Program-made: the position numbers and the translations under genes
In this document: positions 38,854 to 48,660 of the stretch, piece by piece
Position numbering within the stretch: position 1 is the stretch's first letter
Layout: each line of letters begins with the position of its first letter
The notes under the pieces: generated by a model
Database searches by the model: none
The model's input: the letters and a program-made list of their open reading frames with translations, nothing else
Told to the model about the DNA's origin: nothing
From: Candidatus Moraniibacteriota bacterium
Lineage (GTDB): Bacteria; Patescibacteriota; Minisyncoccia; Moranbacterales; UBA1568
NCBI GenBank assembly: GCA_028688415.1
Contig: JAQTYF010000001.1
Coordinates: forward strand, 716,020-780,019
Length of the DNA stretch: 64,000 nucleotides
Direction of reading: 5' to 3'

Positions 38854-40377
38854 CTACTCTTTGAATCGATATTGTAGGGCTTCTGTGAGATGTGATACTT
38901 CGATAGTCGGAGATGATGAGAGATCGGCAATTGTTCGTGCTACTTTGAGTATTCGCATATACGCTCGTGCCGAGAGTTTCAGTGTCGAAACTGCACTTCT
39001 GAGTATTTCTTTGGTTTCATTGTTCAATACACAAAACTTCTTCACCTGATGACTCGTCATTTCTGCATTTGTTCGACAACCAGCCCCTTTATATCGTTCT
39101 TTCTGCAGTGCGCGAGCACTTTCGACACGTGTTCGAATAGCGCTACTTTTTTCAGCATCTCTATCCTTTCCTTCCAATTTTTCGAATTTGACTCGTGGCA
39201 CATCGACATGAAGATCAATACGATCGAGAATAGGTCCTGAAATTTTCTGTCGATACCGAACCACTTGAAAAGGAGAACAAGAGCAAATACGTTCCGGATC
39301 ACCGTTGTGTCCACACGGACAAGGGTTCATCGCGGCTACCAGCATAAACCGTGCCGGAAAATGAAGCGATCCCTTGGCTCGAGAAACAGTAATTTCCCCT
39401 TCTTCGAGTGGTTGACGAAGATTCTCCAAGACTGATCGTGAAAATTCTGCGAATTCATCGAGAAACAACACTCCTCGATGTGCCAAACTGATTTCCCCGG
39501 GACGAGGAAATGACCCTCCGCCCACAAGAGATACTGCGCTCGCCGAATGATGCGGCGCACGAAATGGTCGTATCATAATAAGCGCATTATTTTTTGGCAA
39601 ACGTCCAGCGATGGAAAATATTTTGGTAATTTCGAGACTTTCTTCGAGATCCAATCGTGGAAGAATTGTTGGAAGCGTTTTAGCGAGTAATGTCTTTCCT
39701 GATCCTGGTGGTCCGATAAAAAGTGTATTGTGTCCGCCAGCCGCTGCAATTTCCAGCGCTCGTTTCGCATGTTCTTGACCGAGGACGTACGACATATCAA
39801 GATCATTGTATTCTTCAGCAGAAAATATTACCTCTTTCCGTTCGTACGGTACGAGACGATTTTCTCCCGTGAGATGCTTGGCAATATCAAAAAGATTGTG
39901 TACGGGGATTACATCAATACCAAGAACAAGCGATGCTTCATACGCATTTTCTTTTGGTACATAGAGTTCTTCAAAACCATTTTCTTTCGCATACAAGGCA
40001 ATTGGCAAGACTCCTTGTACTTTTCGTGCACTTCCATCGAGTGCCAATTCTCCAATAAACAATTTTTTTCGATAATCAAAGGCTATCTGTTCTGTTGCCA
40101 AGAGAAATCCAAGTGCCATCGGAAGATCATAGATCGGTGTATTTTTGGGAAGATCAGCAGGAGCAAGATTCACCGTGACTCGACCACACTGATGTGGTGG
40201 TTTGAATCCGCTATTTTTTAGTCCAGCACTCACACGATCGCGTGATTCTTTGATCGAGGTATCAGGAAGTCCAACCAATGTAAATGTATGAAGTCCAGCA
40301 GAAAGCACATCAACTTCCACTTCTACAGAAACACTTTCAAGCCCGAGTGTTGTCGCAGAATATACTTTTGCTGACAT
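38854..40377 (-). CDS. comM: ComM/YifB Mg-chelatase-like AAA ATPase
   Basis: VGLPD...ESRDRV, NLAPADLPK, GPPGSGKT, PFRAPHH, GEISLAHRGVLFLDE and NPCPCG motifs. Confidence 0.95.
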   Translation of the reverse strand: MSAKVYSATTLGLESVSVEVEVDVLSAGLHTFTLVGLPDTSIKESRDRVSAGLKNSGFKPPHQCGRVTVNLAPADLPKNTPIYDLPMALGFLLATEQIAFDYRKKLFIGELALDGSARKVQGVLPIALYAKENGFEELYVPKENAYEASLVLGIDVIPVHNLFDIAKHLTGENRLVPYERKEVIFSAEEYNDLDMSYVLGQEHAKRALEIAAAGGHNTLFIGPPGSGKTLLAKTLPTILPRLDLEESLEITKIFSIAGRLPKNNALIMIRPFRAPHHSASAVSLVGGGSFPRPGEISLAHRGVLFLDEFAEFSRSVLENLRQPLEEGEITVSRAKGSLHFPARFMLVAAMNPCPCGHNGDPERICSCSPFQVVRYRQKISGPILDRIDLHVDVPRVKFEKLEGKDRDAEKSSAIRTRVESARALQKERYKGAGCRTNAEMTSHQVKKFCVLNNETKEILRSAVSTLKLSARAYMRILKVARTIADLSSSPTIEVSHLTEALQYRFKE

Positions 40378-40401
40378 AACTATATACAAAAATTAAAAAT
40401 C

Positions 40402-40830
40402 TCAAATATTTTCTGCATGTTCTCTCCGCCACTTCCATACTACTCCGATGACTCCGAGAGTAAGAGCAATATCAGCTATATTGAATACAGGAAGAGAAAA
40501 AATAGCGATATAATCCATTATACAGCCAAAAGTAAAGCGCTCCAAAATATTCCCCAGACCACCAGAAAGTATCAAGAAGAAGGGCCAGCCACCGAAGAAA
40601 GAAGAAAAGAGTTTATTACGAAACAGTATTATGATAATCATTATGCCTACAGCACTTCCGAGAGACAACCAGGAAGGAATCGAGATACCGAATGGTCCAT
40701 TATAATTACACACAATTTCTCTATATGGAGAGAAAAAGAGCCAGAGATGAAGCCAAATTTGTACCCAAATAAAAAAAACCACAAAAAGTACTGGAATGAA
40801 TACTTTTTGCAGTTTTATCAAGTCGAACAT
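40402..40830 (-). CDS. lspA: Lipoprotein signal peptidase II
   Basis: N.NGPFG, GGLGNILER, GCIMDY and VFNIAD motifs. Confidence 0.82.
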   Translation of the reverse strand: MFDLIKLQKVFIPVLFVVFFIWVQIWLHLWLFFSPYREIVCNYNGPFGISIPSWLSLGSAVGIMIIIILFRNKLFSSFFGGWPFFLILSGGLGNILERFTFGCIMDYIAIFSLPVFNIADIALTLGVIGVVWKWRREHAENI

Positions 40831-40837
40831 ACGTCTG

Positions 40838-41182
40838 TTATGCCACTGTACGTGCGGAAGGATACGCCATCAAACGATCAGTATTGATTTGTTCTCCTGT
40901 TTTCTCACAAACGCCATACGTTCCTTGTGTCATCTTTTCCAGAGCATCATTCACATCTTTCAATTGAGCTTCGAGATTGACTTCCAATCCAAGATTATCG
41001 ATATATCCTTCTACCTCAGTTGTATTGTCTTCTAAATCAGTACCGAGTTGTTCAATTTGTGTTTCATAGTTACCAGCGATATCTGTCGATTTTGCAAATA
41101 CAGAAAGCTCTGCTTCCAAACGGGCTTTTTCTTCCATCAGTTTGCTTTTGAGAGTGGCCAGTGTTGTTTCATCAAGTGCCAT
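40838..41182 (-). CDS. DksA/TraR-family protein
   Basis: ALEKMTQGTYGVCEKTGEQI..DRLMAYPSAR. Confidence 0.85.
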   Translation of the reverse strand: MALDETTLATLKSKLMEEKARLEAELSVFAKSTDIAGNYETQIEQLGTDLEDNTTEVEGYIDNLGLEVNLEAQLKDVNDALEKMTQGTYGVCEKTGEQINTDRLMAYPSARTVA

Positions 41183-41240
41183 AGAATTGTACCAAAAAAA
41201 TTATTCTTAACTTCAGTGTACCAAAAAAATGGTACTTTGT

Positions 41241-41630
41241 CTACAAAAAGATATGCTCCAAATGTCGTATAAAAGCTTTTTTGGACGTTTCATCATAGAG
41301 GATAGCGAGTGCATCAAAATGATAGGGCATTGATTGACACTTTTTTTCACGCAAATAGTACGCTACAATACGTTCCAATTTATGAAGCTTTGCTCGTGTG
41401 ATACTCGATTCAGGGACGAGAGCACCTCCTTCTCTTCCTAGACGTGTTTTTACCTCAACAAAAACAAGTTCTTTCCCTTTCTTTGCCACAATATCGATTT
41501 CTCCTAATCGTCGGCCAGAAGTATTACAATAATTTGTTTCAAGAATCGTGTATCCTTTATCCTTCAAGTATCGACAACCAAGTGATTCACCAAGCGATCC
41601 AGATTCTGATTGTACAAAAAATGTTCCCAT
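41241..41630 (-). CDS. yraN: YraN (UPF0102) endonuclease-like protein
   Basis: GSLGE...YLKDKGYTILETN, GEIDIVA, LVFVEVKTR and FD motifs. Confidence 0.92.
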   Translation of the reverse strand: MGTFFVQSESGSLGESLGCRYLKDKGYTILETNYCNTSGRRLGEIDIVAKKGKELVFVEVKTRLGREGGALVPESSITRAKLHKLERIVAYYLREKKCQSMPYHFDALAILYDETSKKAFIRHLEHIFL

Positions 41631-41700
41631 ACGTATGAGATTATTCTACCACGTTCAAAAATAATCAAGAAAGGAATCGATATTAATAGAAACCTTTCTT

Positions 41701-41840
41701 TTTATGACAAGAATCTTTCTGGGAGAGTTGGAGTTTTTTTGAGCACGGTGCCGTCGTTTCGACGGATCAAAAAAAGTCCATAAGAGAAGTTCAAACGCTT
41801 CGGTGAACGAATGACTCCCAGGAAGGTTGCTTGTTATAAA
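41701..41840 (+). repeat. Structured dispersed repeat, copy A
   Basis: Highly similar to 46189-46326; terminal inverted repeat ACAAG..TTCTGGGAG / CTCCCAGGAA..CTTGT with two internal hairpins. Confidence 0.9.
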
Positions 41841-41861
41841 AAGAATCAACATCTATCTTCT

Positions 41862-42200
41862 CTATCTACGTCAGATGTAGATTATAATTACCCCGCATGC
41901 CGCGGGGTTTATTGTTTGTAGCTATGCTAAACGCATAGACAAACAATAAAAAAACGGCCTTTGAAGCCATTATAGTGTTTATTGATTGTACCCGGACGGA
42001 TGAAATGTTGGTGTCCGGGCGTACGACGCCCAAATAGTAAAATCTTGGCTGTACGCCCGAACGTTGCATGTGCCAACAGGTATGTCGGTTATGTAGCTTC
42101 CGGGTGAGAAAGCATAATAATCCATTGATCATTCCTGTAGTTTGTGCTCATGCTATTTTCGCATTTGTCCTAACTGGCAAATACTTCTCCCTTCACCGTT
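41862..42200 (+). ncRNA. Candidate structured non-coding RNA or hairpin cluster (unassigned)
   Basis: Several adjacent hairpins plus a nested rod: ACCCGGA/TCCGGGT, TGTTGGTG/TGCCAACA, CGGGCGTAC/GTACGCCCG. No credible ORF. Confidence 0.45.
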
Positions 42201-42620
42201 CTCTGGCACGTAGCCTTTTGTTTTTTTTGAAAGAACGATTTTTTGTTTCTTTTTGTTTTTTTCCTGGGTTTTTATTTTTCAGGAAGAACAAATTTTGTTT
42301 TTATTTTGGTCCTCGTGTTAGGGCGAGGCGGTTTCGATACATTGTCGAAACACTTGAACAGTGATGGAGGTTTCATCCACAACAGATTATTGAGAAAGAA
42401 AAATCCACCACCGTTTGAGAACATCTGGTAAAGGAAAGATTGTCAAAGATCATCACTTACAAATTCATTATAGCAGAAAAATGGTCTTGGGTCAACGGAG
42501 AGAGACGTCTTTTCCTTTGTCGTCGGCATTCTTTCCCTTCTTTTCTTTTTCTTTTTTCTTTTTTCTTTTCTTCAAGAAAAAAAGAAGTCGCCGACTTTAT
42601 TTTTCTTTTCTTTCAAGCCT

Positions 42621-43751
42621 TTATTTCACATTCTTATCAAGGATAGCTGTCAATGTATTTTTACTGGTTCCGATATACCAATGATTTTTCGTGATCGCAT
42701 AATCCAGAGAGATATTTTTTTCAGTATCCACATTTGCATAGCGTATCGCAATCGGAGCAGTATTCATCGAAACACGAGAAGTATACACATTAGATTTAAA
42801 AGATGTAGATTGAGAAACAGTGATATTTGGTCCAAGGAGCAACATTCGTAAAGCGTACGGAAGTGTATTTTCACTCTTGGAAAGTAACGAGACAACAGCT
42901 GTCTGATTTTTCAAAAGCAAATCTAGACCAATACGTACTTTTCCTGCATCGTTATACATATAGAGTGAAAAAGATTCATCAATATTTGAAAGCAGTTCAG
43001 GATTCATTTCCAGCTTAAGAAGAAGTGCAAAACGACTAAATGCTAATTTATTATTATTTTGATCAGTGATAAGAAACTCGACTGGTTGTTCGATCGAAGC
43101 CTCGCTGATACGTGTCGATACAGAACGAAGCGTATTTCTGATGTCTTCGACAGATACTGTTTCGATATTAAGAGGAAGATAATTAGCGGTATTCAAAGCA
43201 TAGGGAGACACCAGAGGAACAGTTTCTTCAACTACCGCTGGTACCACTTTCTCTTCGGATGTTTGCGTTGCTGACACAGAAGAAGTCGCTCTTACAACAA
43301 TAAAATAATAAGCAATTCCACCACACGCAAGCAAAACAAGTAGAACGATTATTGCGATCCAGAGCACTTTTTTTCCTTTTGGAGCATCGAGTTCAATGTT
43401 CGTATCCGAAGTATTTGACACTCTCCCTATTTGTGTTTCTTGTGCTTGTTTGGGAGGTATTCCTGATTGTGGTTTTGGCGCTACCGCAAAAGGATTGACA
43501 AACTGTTCAGTATTAGCGGTTACTGGAATTGTTTCAGTTATTTTTGCGATATCTTGCTGAAAAGGATTCTTTGGTCGAGACTGTTGAGAAGGTAATGGAG
43601 CAGAAGTAGAAGCAGGAGTAATGGGCACCGGAACTGAATTATGTTCCTGAGCAATAGGAGAAGAAATATTGATGTGATTCTTCAGTGCATCAAGATCACT
43701 TTGCATTGTCCGAACTGCAGGCGTTTGATTTTTTGCATCAAGGAATGACAT
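42621..43751 (-). CDS. Hypothetical bitopic membrane protein with Pro/Thr-rich N-terminus
   Basis: RTMQSDL N-terminal motif, single TM, C-terminal globular domain; own TGGTATAAT -10. Confidence 0.78.
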   Translation of the reverse strand: MSFLDAKNQTPAVRTMQSDLDALKNHINISSPIAQEHNSVPVPITPASTSAPLPSQQSRPKNPFQQDIAKITETIPVTANTEQFVNPFAVAPKPQSGIPPKQAQETQIGRVSNTSDTNIELDAPKGKKVLWIAIIVLLVLLACGGIAYYFIVVRATSSVSATQTSEEKVVPAVVEETVPLVSPYALNTANYLPLNIETVSVEDIRNTLRSVSTRISEASIEQPVEFLITDQNNNKLAFSRFALLLKLEMNPELLSNIDESFSLYMYNDAGKVRIGLDLLLKNQTAVVSLLSKSENTLPYALRMLLLGPNITVSQSTSFKSNVYTSRVSMNTAPIAIRYANVDTEKNISLDYAITKNHWYIGTSKNTLTAILDKNVK

Positions 43752-43848
43752 AGAAAAAATTTATTGCAGATAAAAGAAAGAGGAAGAGCATTCTTCCTCT
43801 TCATTATACCATCAAATATTTTTTTTGCACAAACTCTTTGCAAAAAAT

Positions 43849-45969
43849 TTATTTTTCTTCAGCAGATTGATGAAGCGTTGCCTTGTGCGAAAGATTGATA
43901 CGTCCTTGATTATCGATTTCTTTCACAAGAACAGGAATGATATCGCCAACATGCACAACATCTTCGACGTTTTCTACACGCTTATCAGAAAGTTCTGAAA
44001 TATGAATGAGTCCTTCTTGGTTGGGTAATACTTCAGCAAAAGCTCCAAAATTCATAATACGTGTGATACGTGCCTGAAACAATTCTCCTGCTTTTACTTC
44101 ACGAGTGATATTATTCACCCATTCTACCGCCTTGGCAGCACTTATTTCATCGGCTGAGGTAATAAATACTGATCCATCGTCTTCAATATCAATAGAAACA
44201 CCTGTTTCATCGATAATCTGATTAATCATCTTGCCACCAGGTCCGATAACATCACGAATTTTTTCTGGATTGATATGAAGTGTGATAATACGTGGAGCGT
44301 ACGGAGACATTACTTCTCGAGGGGCAGGAATCACTGCGAGCATTTTTTCGAGTATTTCGAGACGAGCAATTTTGGCTTGAGCGACAGCGACACGGAGTAC
44401 GGCAGGTGTTAGTCCATCGATTTTCACATCCATCTGCATAGCAGTAATACCATCTTTCGTTCCTGCTACTTTGAAATCCATGTCTCCATAATGATCTTCG
44501 AGTCCCTGAATATCAGTAAGAATCTTGTAAGCACCGTCTTTTCCTGTGATGACACCCATAGCGATACCTGATACTGGCTTACGAATCGGTACACCCGCAT
44601 CCATAAGTGACAGTGTCGAACCACAGGTCGAAGCCATGGAAGAAGATCCATTAGAAGCGAGTACTTCTGAAACCAAAATAATTGTATATGGGAATTCTTC
44701 ACGAGAAGGAAGCACTGGAACAAGCGCTTTTTCTGCTAATGCTCCATGACCGATTTCACGACGTCCAGGTCCACGCATCGGACGTACTTCTCCGACTGAA
44801 TAGGGAGGGAAATTATAGAAATGAATATAACGCTTCTTCTCATCTGTTCTCATGGTATCAACAACCATTTCATCACCAGGAGCACCAAGTGTTGTGACTG
44901 TAAGCGCTTGTGTTTCACCACGAGTAAAAAGTCCAGTACCATGTGTTCGAGGAAGAACACCTACTTTACACCATATAGGACGGATTTCTGTCAGCTTACG
45001 ACCATCTGGACGCTTTTCTTCTTTGAGAACATTTTCGTGAACGATTTCATCAGCGACCTCATCAGAAATGAGACTGAGAAGTTCATCCATTGAACTCTGT
45101 TCTGGATAGGTTTCTTTGGCCCAGAGAGCCACCTTGGCAGAAATAGCAGACATTTTTTCTTCCATTGCTTGTTTTGGCAACAGATAGAGAGCTTCTCCCC
45201 ATCCTTCTTTCAAAAAAGCTTCTTTCACAGCTGTTTCAAATTCCTCTGATCCACGGATGAGTGCTGGCTCTGATTTTATCTTGCCAGCTTCGATACGTAC
45301 AGCATCGATAAACTCTGTAATTTTTTGAATAGCTATAAATCCAAATTCAAATGCTTCAATCATTTTGTCTTCGAGGATTTCATTGCCACCTGCTTCGATC
45401 ATATTGATCTTTTCGTGTGTTCCTGAAAGAAGAAGATCGAGAGCGCTCGACTTCACTTCTTCCACAGTTGGATTGAGGATAAATGACCCATCAGAAGTAA
45501 GTCCAACACGTACAGCAGCAATCGGACCATTCCACGGAATGTTAGAAAGACTGAGTGCAACAGAGGCGGCAATCATCGCAACTGTATCATAGTTGTTCTC
45601 GCCATCATACGAAAGTGTTGTGAGGACTACTTGTACCTCGTTTCGCATACGACTGTCAAATAAAGGACGAATCGTGCGATCCACTGCTCGTCCAGAGAGA
45701 ACGGAATCATCCGATGGACGGCCTTCACGCTTGATAAAACGAGATCCTTTGATCTTTCCTGCAGCGTAATAACGTTCTTCAAAATCTACCATGAGAGGGA
45801 AATATCCCGTAATTCTCGAGGCACCCTTGCTCATTGTGGCTGTTGCCATCATCACTGTATCGCCGTAGCTCACTGTGACAGCACCACCCGCCTGCTGTGC
45901 CCACAATCCAGTGACGATTGTCAGTTCGCGTCCTCCGATCTGGAGAGACCATTTTTTTTCTTCTTGCAT
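43849..45969 (-). CDS. pnp: Polyribonucleotide nucleotidyltransferase
   Basis: [21 protein letters not shown] and GDMDFKVAG motifs; KH and S1 domains. ATG at 45969. Confidence 0.97.
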   Translation of the reverse strand: MQEEKKWSLQIGGRELTIVTGLWAQQAGGAVTVSYGDTVMMATATMSKGASRITGYFPLMVDFEERYYAAGKIKGSRFIKREGRPSDDSVLSGRAVDRTIRPLFDSRMRNEVQVVLTTLSYDGENNYDTVAMIAASVALSLSNIPWNGPIAAVRVGLTSDGSFILNPTVEEVKSSALDLLLSGTHEKINMIEAGGNEILEDKMIEAFEFGFIAIQKITEFIDAVRIEAGKIKSEPALIRGSEEFETAVKEAFLKEGWGEALYLLPKQAMEEKMSAISAKVALWAKETYPEQSSMDELLSLISDEVADEIVHENVLKEEKRPDGRKLTEIRPIWCKVGVLPRTHGTGLFTRGETQALTVTTLGAPGDEMVVDTMRTDEKKRYIHFYNFPPYSVGEVRPMRGPGRREIGHGALAEKALVPVLPSREEFPYTIILVSEVLASNGSSSMASTCGSTLSLMDAGVPIRKPVSGIAMGVITGKDGAYKILTDIQGLEDHYGDMDFKVAGTKDGITAMQMDVKIDGLTPAVLRVAVAQAKIARLEILEKMLAVIPAPREVMSPYAPRIITLHINPEKIRDVIGPGGKMINQIIDETGVSIDIEDDGSVFITSADEISAAKAVEWVNNITREVKAGELFQARITRIMNFGAFAEVLPNQEGLIHISELSDKRVENVEDVVHVGDIIPVLVKEIDNQGRINLSHKATLHQSAEEK

Positions 45970-46123
45970 ATGATATACCCCTTTGAAGACAAGAGTAGAG
46001 AGAGGATTCAAAGCACAAAAGTCAGAAAGTAAAATATTTTCACTCTCTGATCTTTGAGATTTGAACTCTTTCAGCCATTTCTTGGCTATAAATAAGGTTA
46101 TTAATGAATACATTTGCCCTTGT

Positions 46124-46152
46124 ACTCTACCGAAAAAATCACCTTTTGTCAA
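46124..46152 (-). promoter_or_regulatory. pnp promoter
   Basis: TTGACA-17 nt-TAGAGT on the minus strand. Confidence 0.6.
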
Positions 46153-46188
46153 TAAATTTTGAAAGATATTCTTGATTTTAAATATATT

Positions 46189-46326
46189 TTTTCACAAGAA
46201 TTTTTCTGGGAGAGTTAGAATTTTTTTGAGCATGGTGCCGTCGCATCGACGGATCAAAAAAAGTCTATAAGGGAAGTTCACCGCTGGGTGAACAAACGAC
46301 TCCCAGGAAGATTGCTTGTGATAAAA
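46189..46326 (+). repeat. Structured dispersed repeat, copy B
   Basis: See copy A at 41701-41840. Confidence 0.9.
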
Positions 46327-46353
46327 TATATATATACAAAAAAACTCCAAGAA

Positions 46354-46383
46354 AAAAAGTTCCACATACAGTGGAACTTTTTC
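46354..46383 (-). terminator. Intrinsic terminator after the NYN gene
   Basis: AAAAAGTTCCAC-ATACA-GTGGAACTTTTT. Confidence 0.7.
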
Positions 46384-46398
46384 ACTTTTGATAAAAGA

Positions 46399-46896
46399 TT
46401 ATATCAAAAATCGTTTTTTATTCTCAGAAAGATTGATGAAGTCATCTACTTGTTCAATAAGCTTTTGACTCGCAGATTCTGCAAAAGCAATCACTTCTAC
46501 ACGACAACCGCTAATACTCTGGATATATTCTACAAGCGAGACATAATCTCCATCGCCAGAAACAATGACAACAACATCGAGTTTTGCCGCCATTTTAATG
46601 GCATCAACAGCAATTCCAACATCCCAATCCCCTTTTTTCGATCCATCAGGGAAAATCTGGAGGTCTTTGGTCTTCACTTCAAATCCGCTTTTTTCGAGTG
46701 CTTCGAAGAATTTTTCTTCTGTCGCTTCAACGGTTTTGATGCCATAAGCAATGGCTCGAATAAGCTTACGCTCACTCGTCGCTGCGAGAAGCACATTCTT
46801 GAAATTTACTTTCTTGTTATAGAGAACGCGAGCGCTATAATACAGGTTTTGTATATCAACAAGCACGCCAACCCTCTGTTCTGCAAACTTTGCCAT
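46399..46896 (-). CDS. NYN/LabA-DUF88 (PIN-like) protein
   Basis: VDIQNLY, KGDWDVGIAVD, SGDGDY and GCRVEV motifs. Confidence 0.92.
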   Translation of the reverse strand: MAKFAEQRVGVLVDIQNLYYSARVLYNKKVNFKNVLLAATSERKLIRAIAYGIKTVEATEEKFFEALEKSGFEVKTKDLQIFPDGSKKGDWDVGIAVDAIKMAAKLDVVVIVSGDGDYVSLVEYIQSISGCRVEVIAFAESASQKLIEQVDDFINLSENKKRFLI

Positions 46897-46935
46897 AATA
46901 ATATTACTAATGAGTCTCTCTAAAAACAAAAGAGC

Positions 46936-47202
46936 TTACTTAAGCTCCAGAGTTTTGATGACTTCTTTATAAGATTTTTCATTGGTCTTTTCGAGATAGC
47001 TCATCAGTTTCTTTCGTTTGGAAACCATCTTGAGCAATCCACGACGGGAATGGAAATCTTTCTTGTTTTTCTTCAAATGCGTCGTCAATTTCTTGATTTG
47101 CTCAGTAAAAAGAGCGATTTGATATTCTGGCGATCCAGTATCTTTATCGTGTCGCTTTACTGCTCCCGTTACCTTTTCCTTCTGCTTGTGCGTCAGTGCC
47201 AT
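46936..47202 (-). CDS. rpsO: 30S ribosomal protein S15
   Basis: DTGSPEYQIA and KDFHSRRGLLKMVSKRKKL motifs. Confidence 0.98.
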   Translation of the reverse strand: MALTHKQKEKVTGAVKRHDKDTGSPEYQIALFTEQIKKLTTHLKKNKKDFHSRRGLLKMVSKRKKLMSYLEKTNEKSYKEVIKTLELK

Positions 47203-47384
47203 GGCTTTGTTCAGCTCTATACTCGTGAAAGATACTTTCTCTCACCAACATATGCTATATAAAATATATTACTTTCACACAATACCATACACTTCTCTGT
47301 TTAGCAAATTATTTGACTTTTGAAAGAGGAAATGTTTTACCAAATCGTCCCTAATCCGAGGACATTTACAAAAAGGAATAAAAG

Positions 47385-47702
47385 ATGACAAACGAAGACG
47401 CAGGGGTAGGCGTGCCAAGCGTGTTGCACCTCGAACGGAAACATGGCCCTAAAAAGAATTGGAGAAAAATGGCCATTTCCGCTCGCAAGAAAAAAATCGA
47501 GCTTAAACTCGGTAATGATCTGCCCTCTGATGGCAGGATCTTCGCCTGGTTTACTCCTCAGGCAGTGATTCTCCAGCCGAGTTTCAAGATCACTGTTCGG
47601 GGCAATACGGTACGTCCGTATGAAGAAGTAACCATCCCACGAATGAGCGGTCAGCATGACCTCACCATCTGCGGCGTCAAGTACGGCGCTCGCGCCAACT
47701 AA
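47385..47702 (+). CDS. Hypothetical beta-rich small protein
   Basis: AGGA upstream of the ATG, terminator-like hairpin at about 47733-47767 downstream; no confident family. Confidence 0.6.
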   Translation: MTNEDAGVGVPSVLHLERKHGPKKNWRKMAISARKKKIELKLGNDLPSDGRIFAWFTPQAVILQPSFKITVRGNTVRPYEEVTIPRMSGQHDLTICGVKYGARAN

Positions 47703-47770
47703 GGCGCATCATATTTCGAGAAACCCCTCGAAAAAAACGGCCCGAGCAATGTCTCCGGTCGTTTTTCATT

Positions 47771-48649
47771 TTACTTCCTCCCAAGAAAAAAATAATAATC
47801 CGCCACGGTACGACCAATGAGAAATATTTTTGTAATTTGTATATCATGGAGACCGCTTTTTTTCAAAAGTTTCTTCAACTCTCTCTGATTATACGCTCGT
47901 AAATGTTCTGGATGTCTCCCAATAGTTTTCTTCCCCCAATCACCCGATGCTGTCGGCACGTGTCCTATTATCATACCCCGATCCTTTACCACACGCATCG
48001 TTTCCTTCATCAACATTTCTGGGTCAAGAACATGTTCCAGAATAAAAGTCAGAATCGCATAATCAAATATCTCTTCCTTATATGGCGTGTGTTCAGCCCA
48101 TCCAATAAACACTTTCAATCCTTTTTCGGACGCCTTCTCTCCTAAGCTTGGGCAAATCTCACTTCCATACACCTGACATTGTTTCTGTTTGATAAGGAGA
48201 CGCCCGATTCCACCAGAATTACAACCAACATCATAAACAAGTGAATTTTTCTTCACACTTGATAAAATATTTTTTACTCTGATATACTCCGGGGAACTTT
48301 TTTCATAATATCCGAGTGCATCCGCATCTTCATATTGATGATAGAGTTTGATGTATTGCTCTCTATCCAGAGTAAGGTCGATAGGTTTTTTTATCATCTC
48401 ATTTTGGAGAAGCATCTTACGATCGTGTATTTTTATCTCTGATACACCAAAATTTCGAACTCTTTTTCGTTCAACAACGCTCATATGCCACCTACCGTTC
48501 TGAAAATAATATTCACATTCTATATTTTGACAAGACCTATTTTCTATCTTTTCTTTTATGAAAACTTTACTTCCTCCATAAGTAGTTTTTTTGAATTTTT
48601 TATGAACTGGATATTTCCGTATTTGTGAAAAAGTGAGATACCGTTCCAT
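47771..48649 (-). CDS. Class I SAM-dependent methyltransferase
   Basis: VYDVGCNSGG, GSEI, FD...ILEHVLDP and VKDRG motifs. Confidence 0.88.
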   Translation of the reverse strand: MERYLTFSQIRKYPVHKKFKKTTYGGSKVFIKEKIENRSCQNIECEYYFQNGRWHMSVVERKRVRNFGVSEIKIHDRKMLLQNEMIKKPIDLTLDREQYIKLYHQYEDADALGYYEKSSPEYIRVKNILSSVKKNSLVYDVGCNSGGIGRLLIKQKQCQVYGSEICPSLGEKASEKGLKVFIGWAEHTPYKEEIFDYAILTFILEHVLDPEMLMKETMRVVKDRGMIIGHVPTASGDWGKKTIGRHPEHLRAYNQRELKKLLKKSGLHDIQITKIFLIGRTVADYYFFLGRK

Positions 48650-48660
48650 ACGCTCATCGT

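Noticed and set aside
41655-42684. Short ORFs (41655, 41866, 42068, 42243, 42415, 42440) and tmRNA/RNase P/SRP assignments
   Set aside because: The ORFs are low-complexity or overlap hairpins; no tRNA-like ends, GAGGAAAGUC or SRP loop motifs were recognised.
47203-47290. rpsO autoregulatory leader
   Set aside because: The location is plausible, but I could not derive a convincing structure.
47385-47702. FHA domain call
   Set aside because: A beta-rich pattern is suggestive, but the GR, SxxH and NGT signatures are absent.
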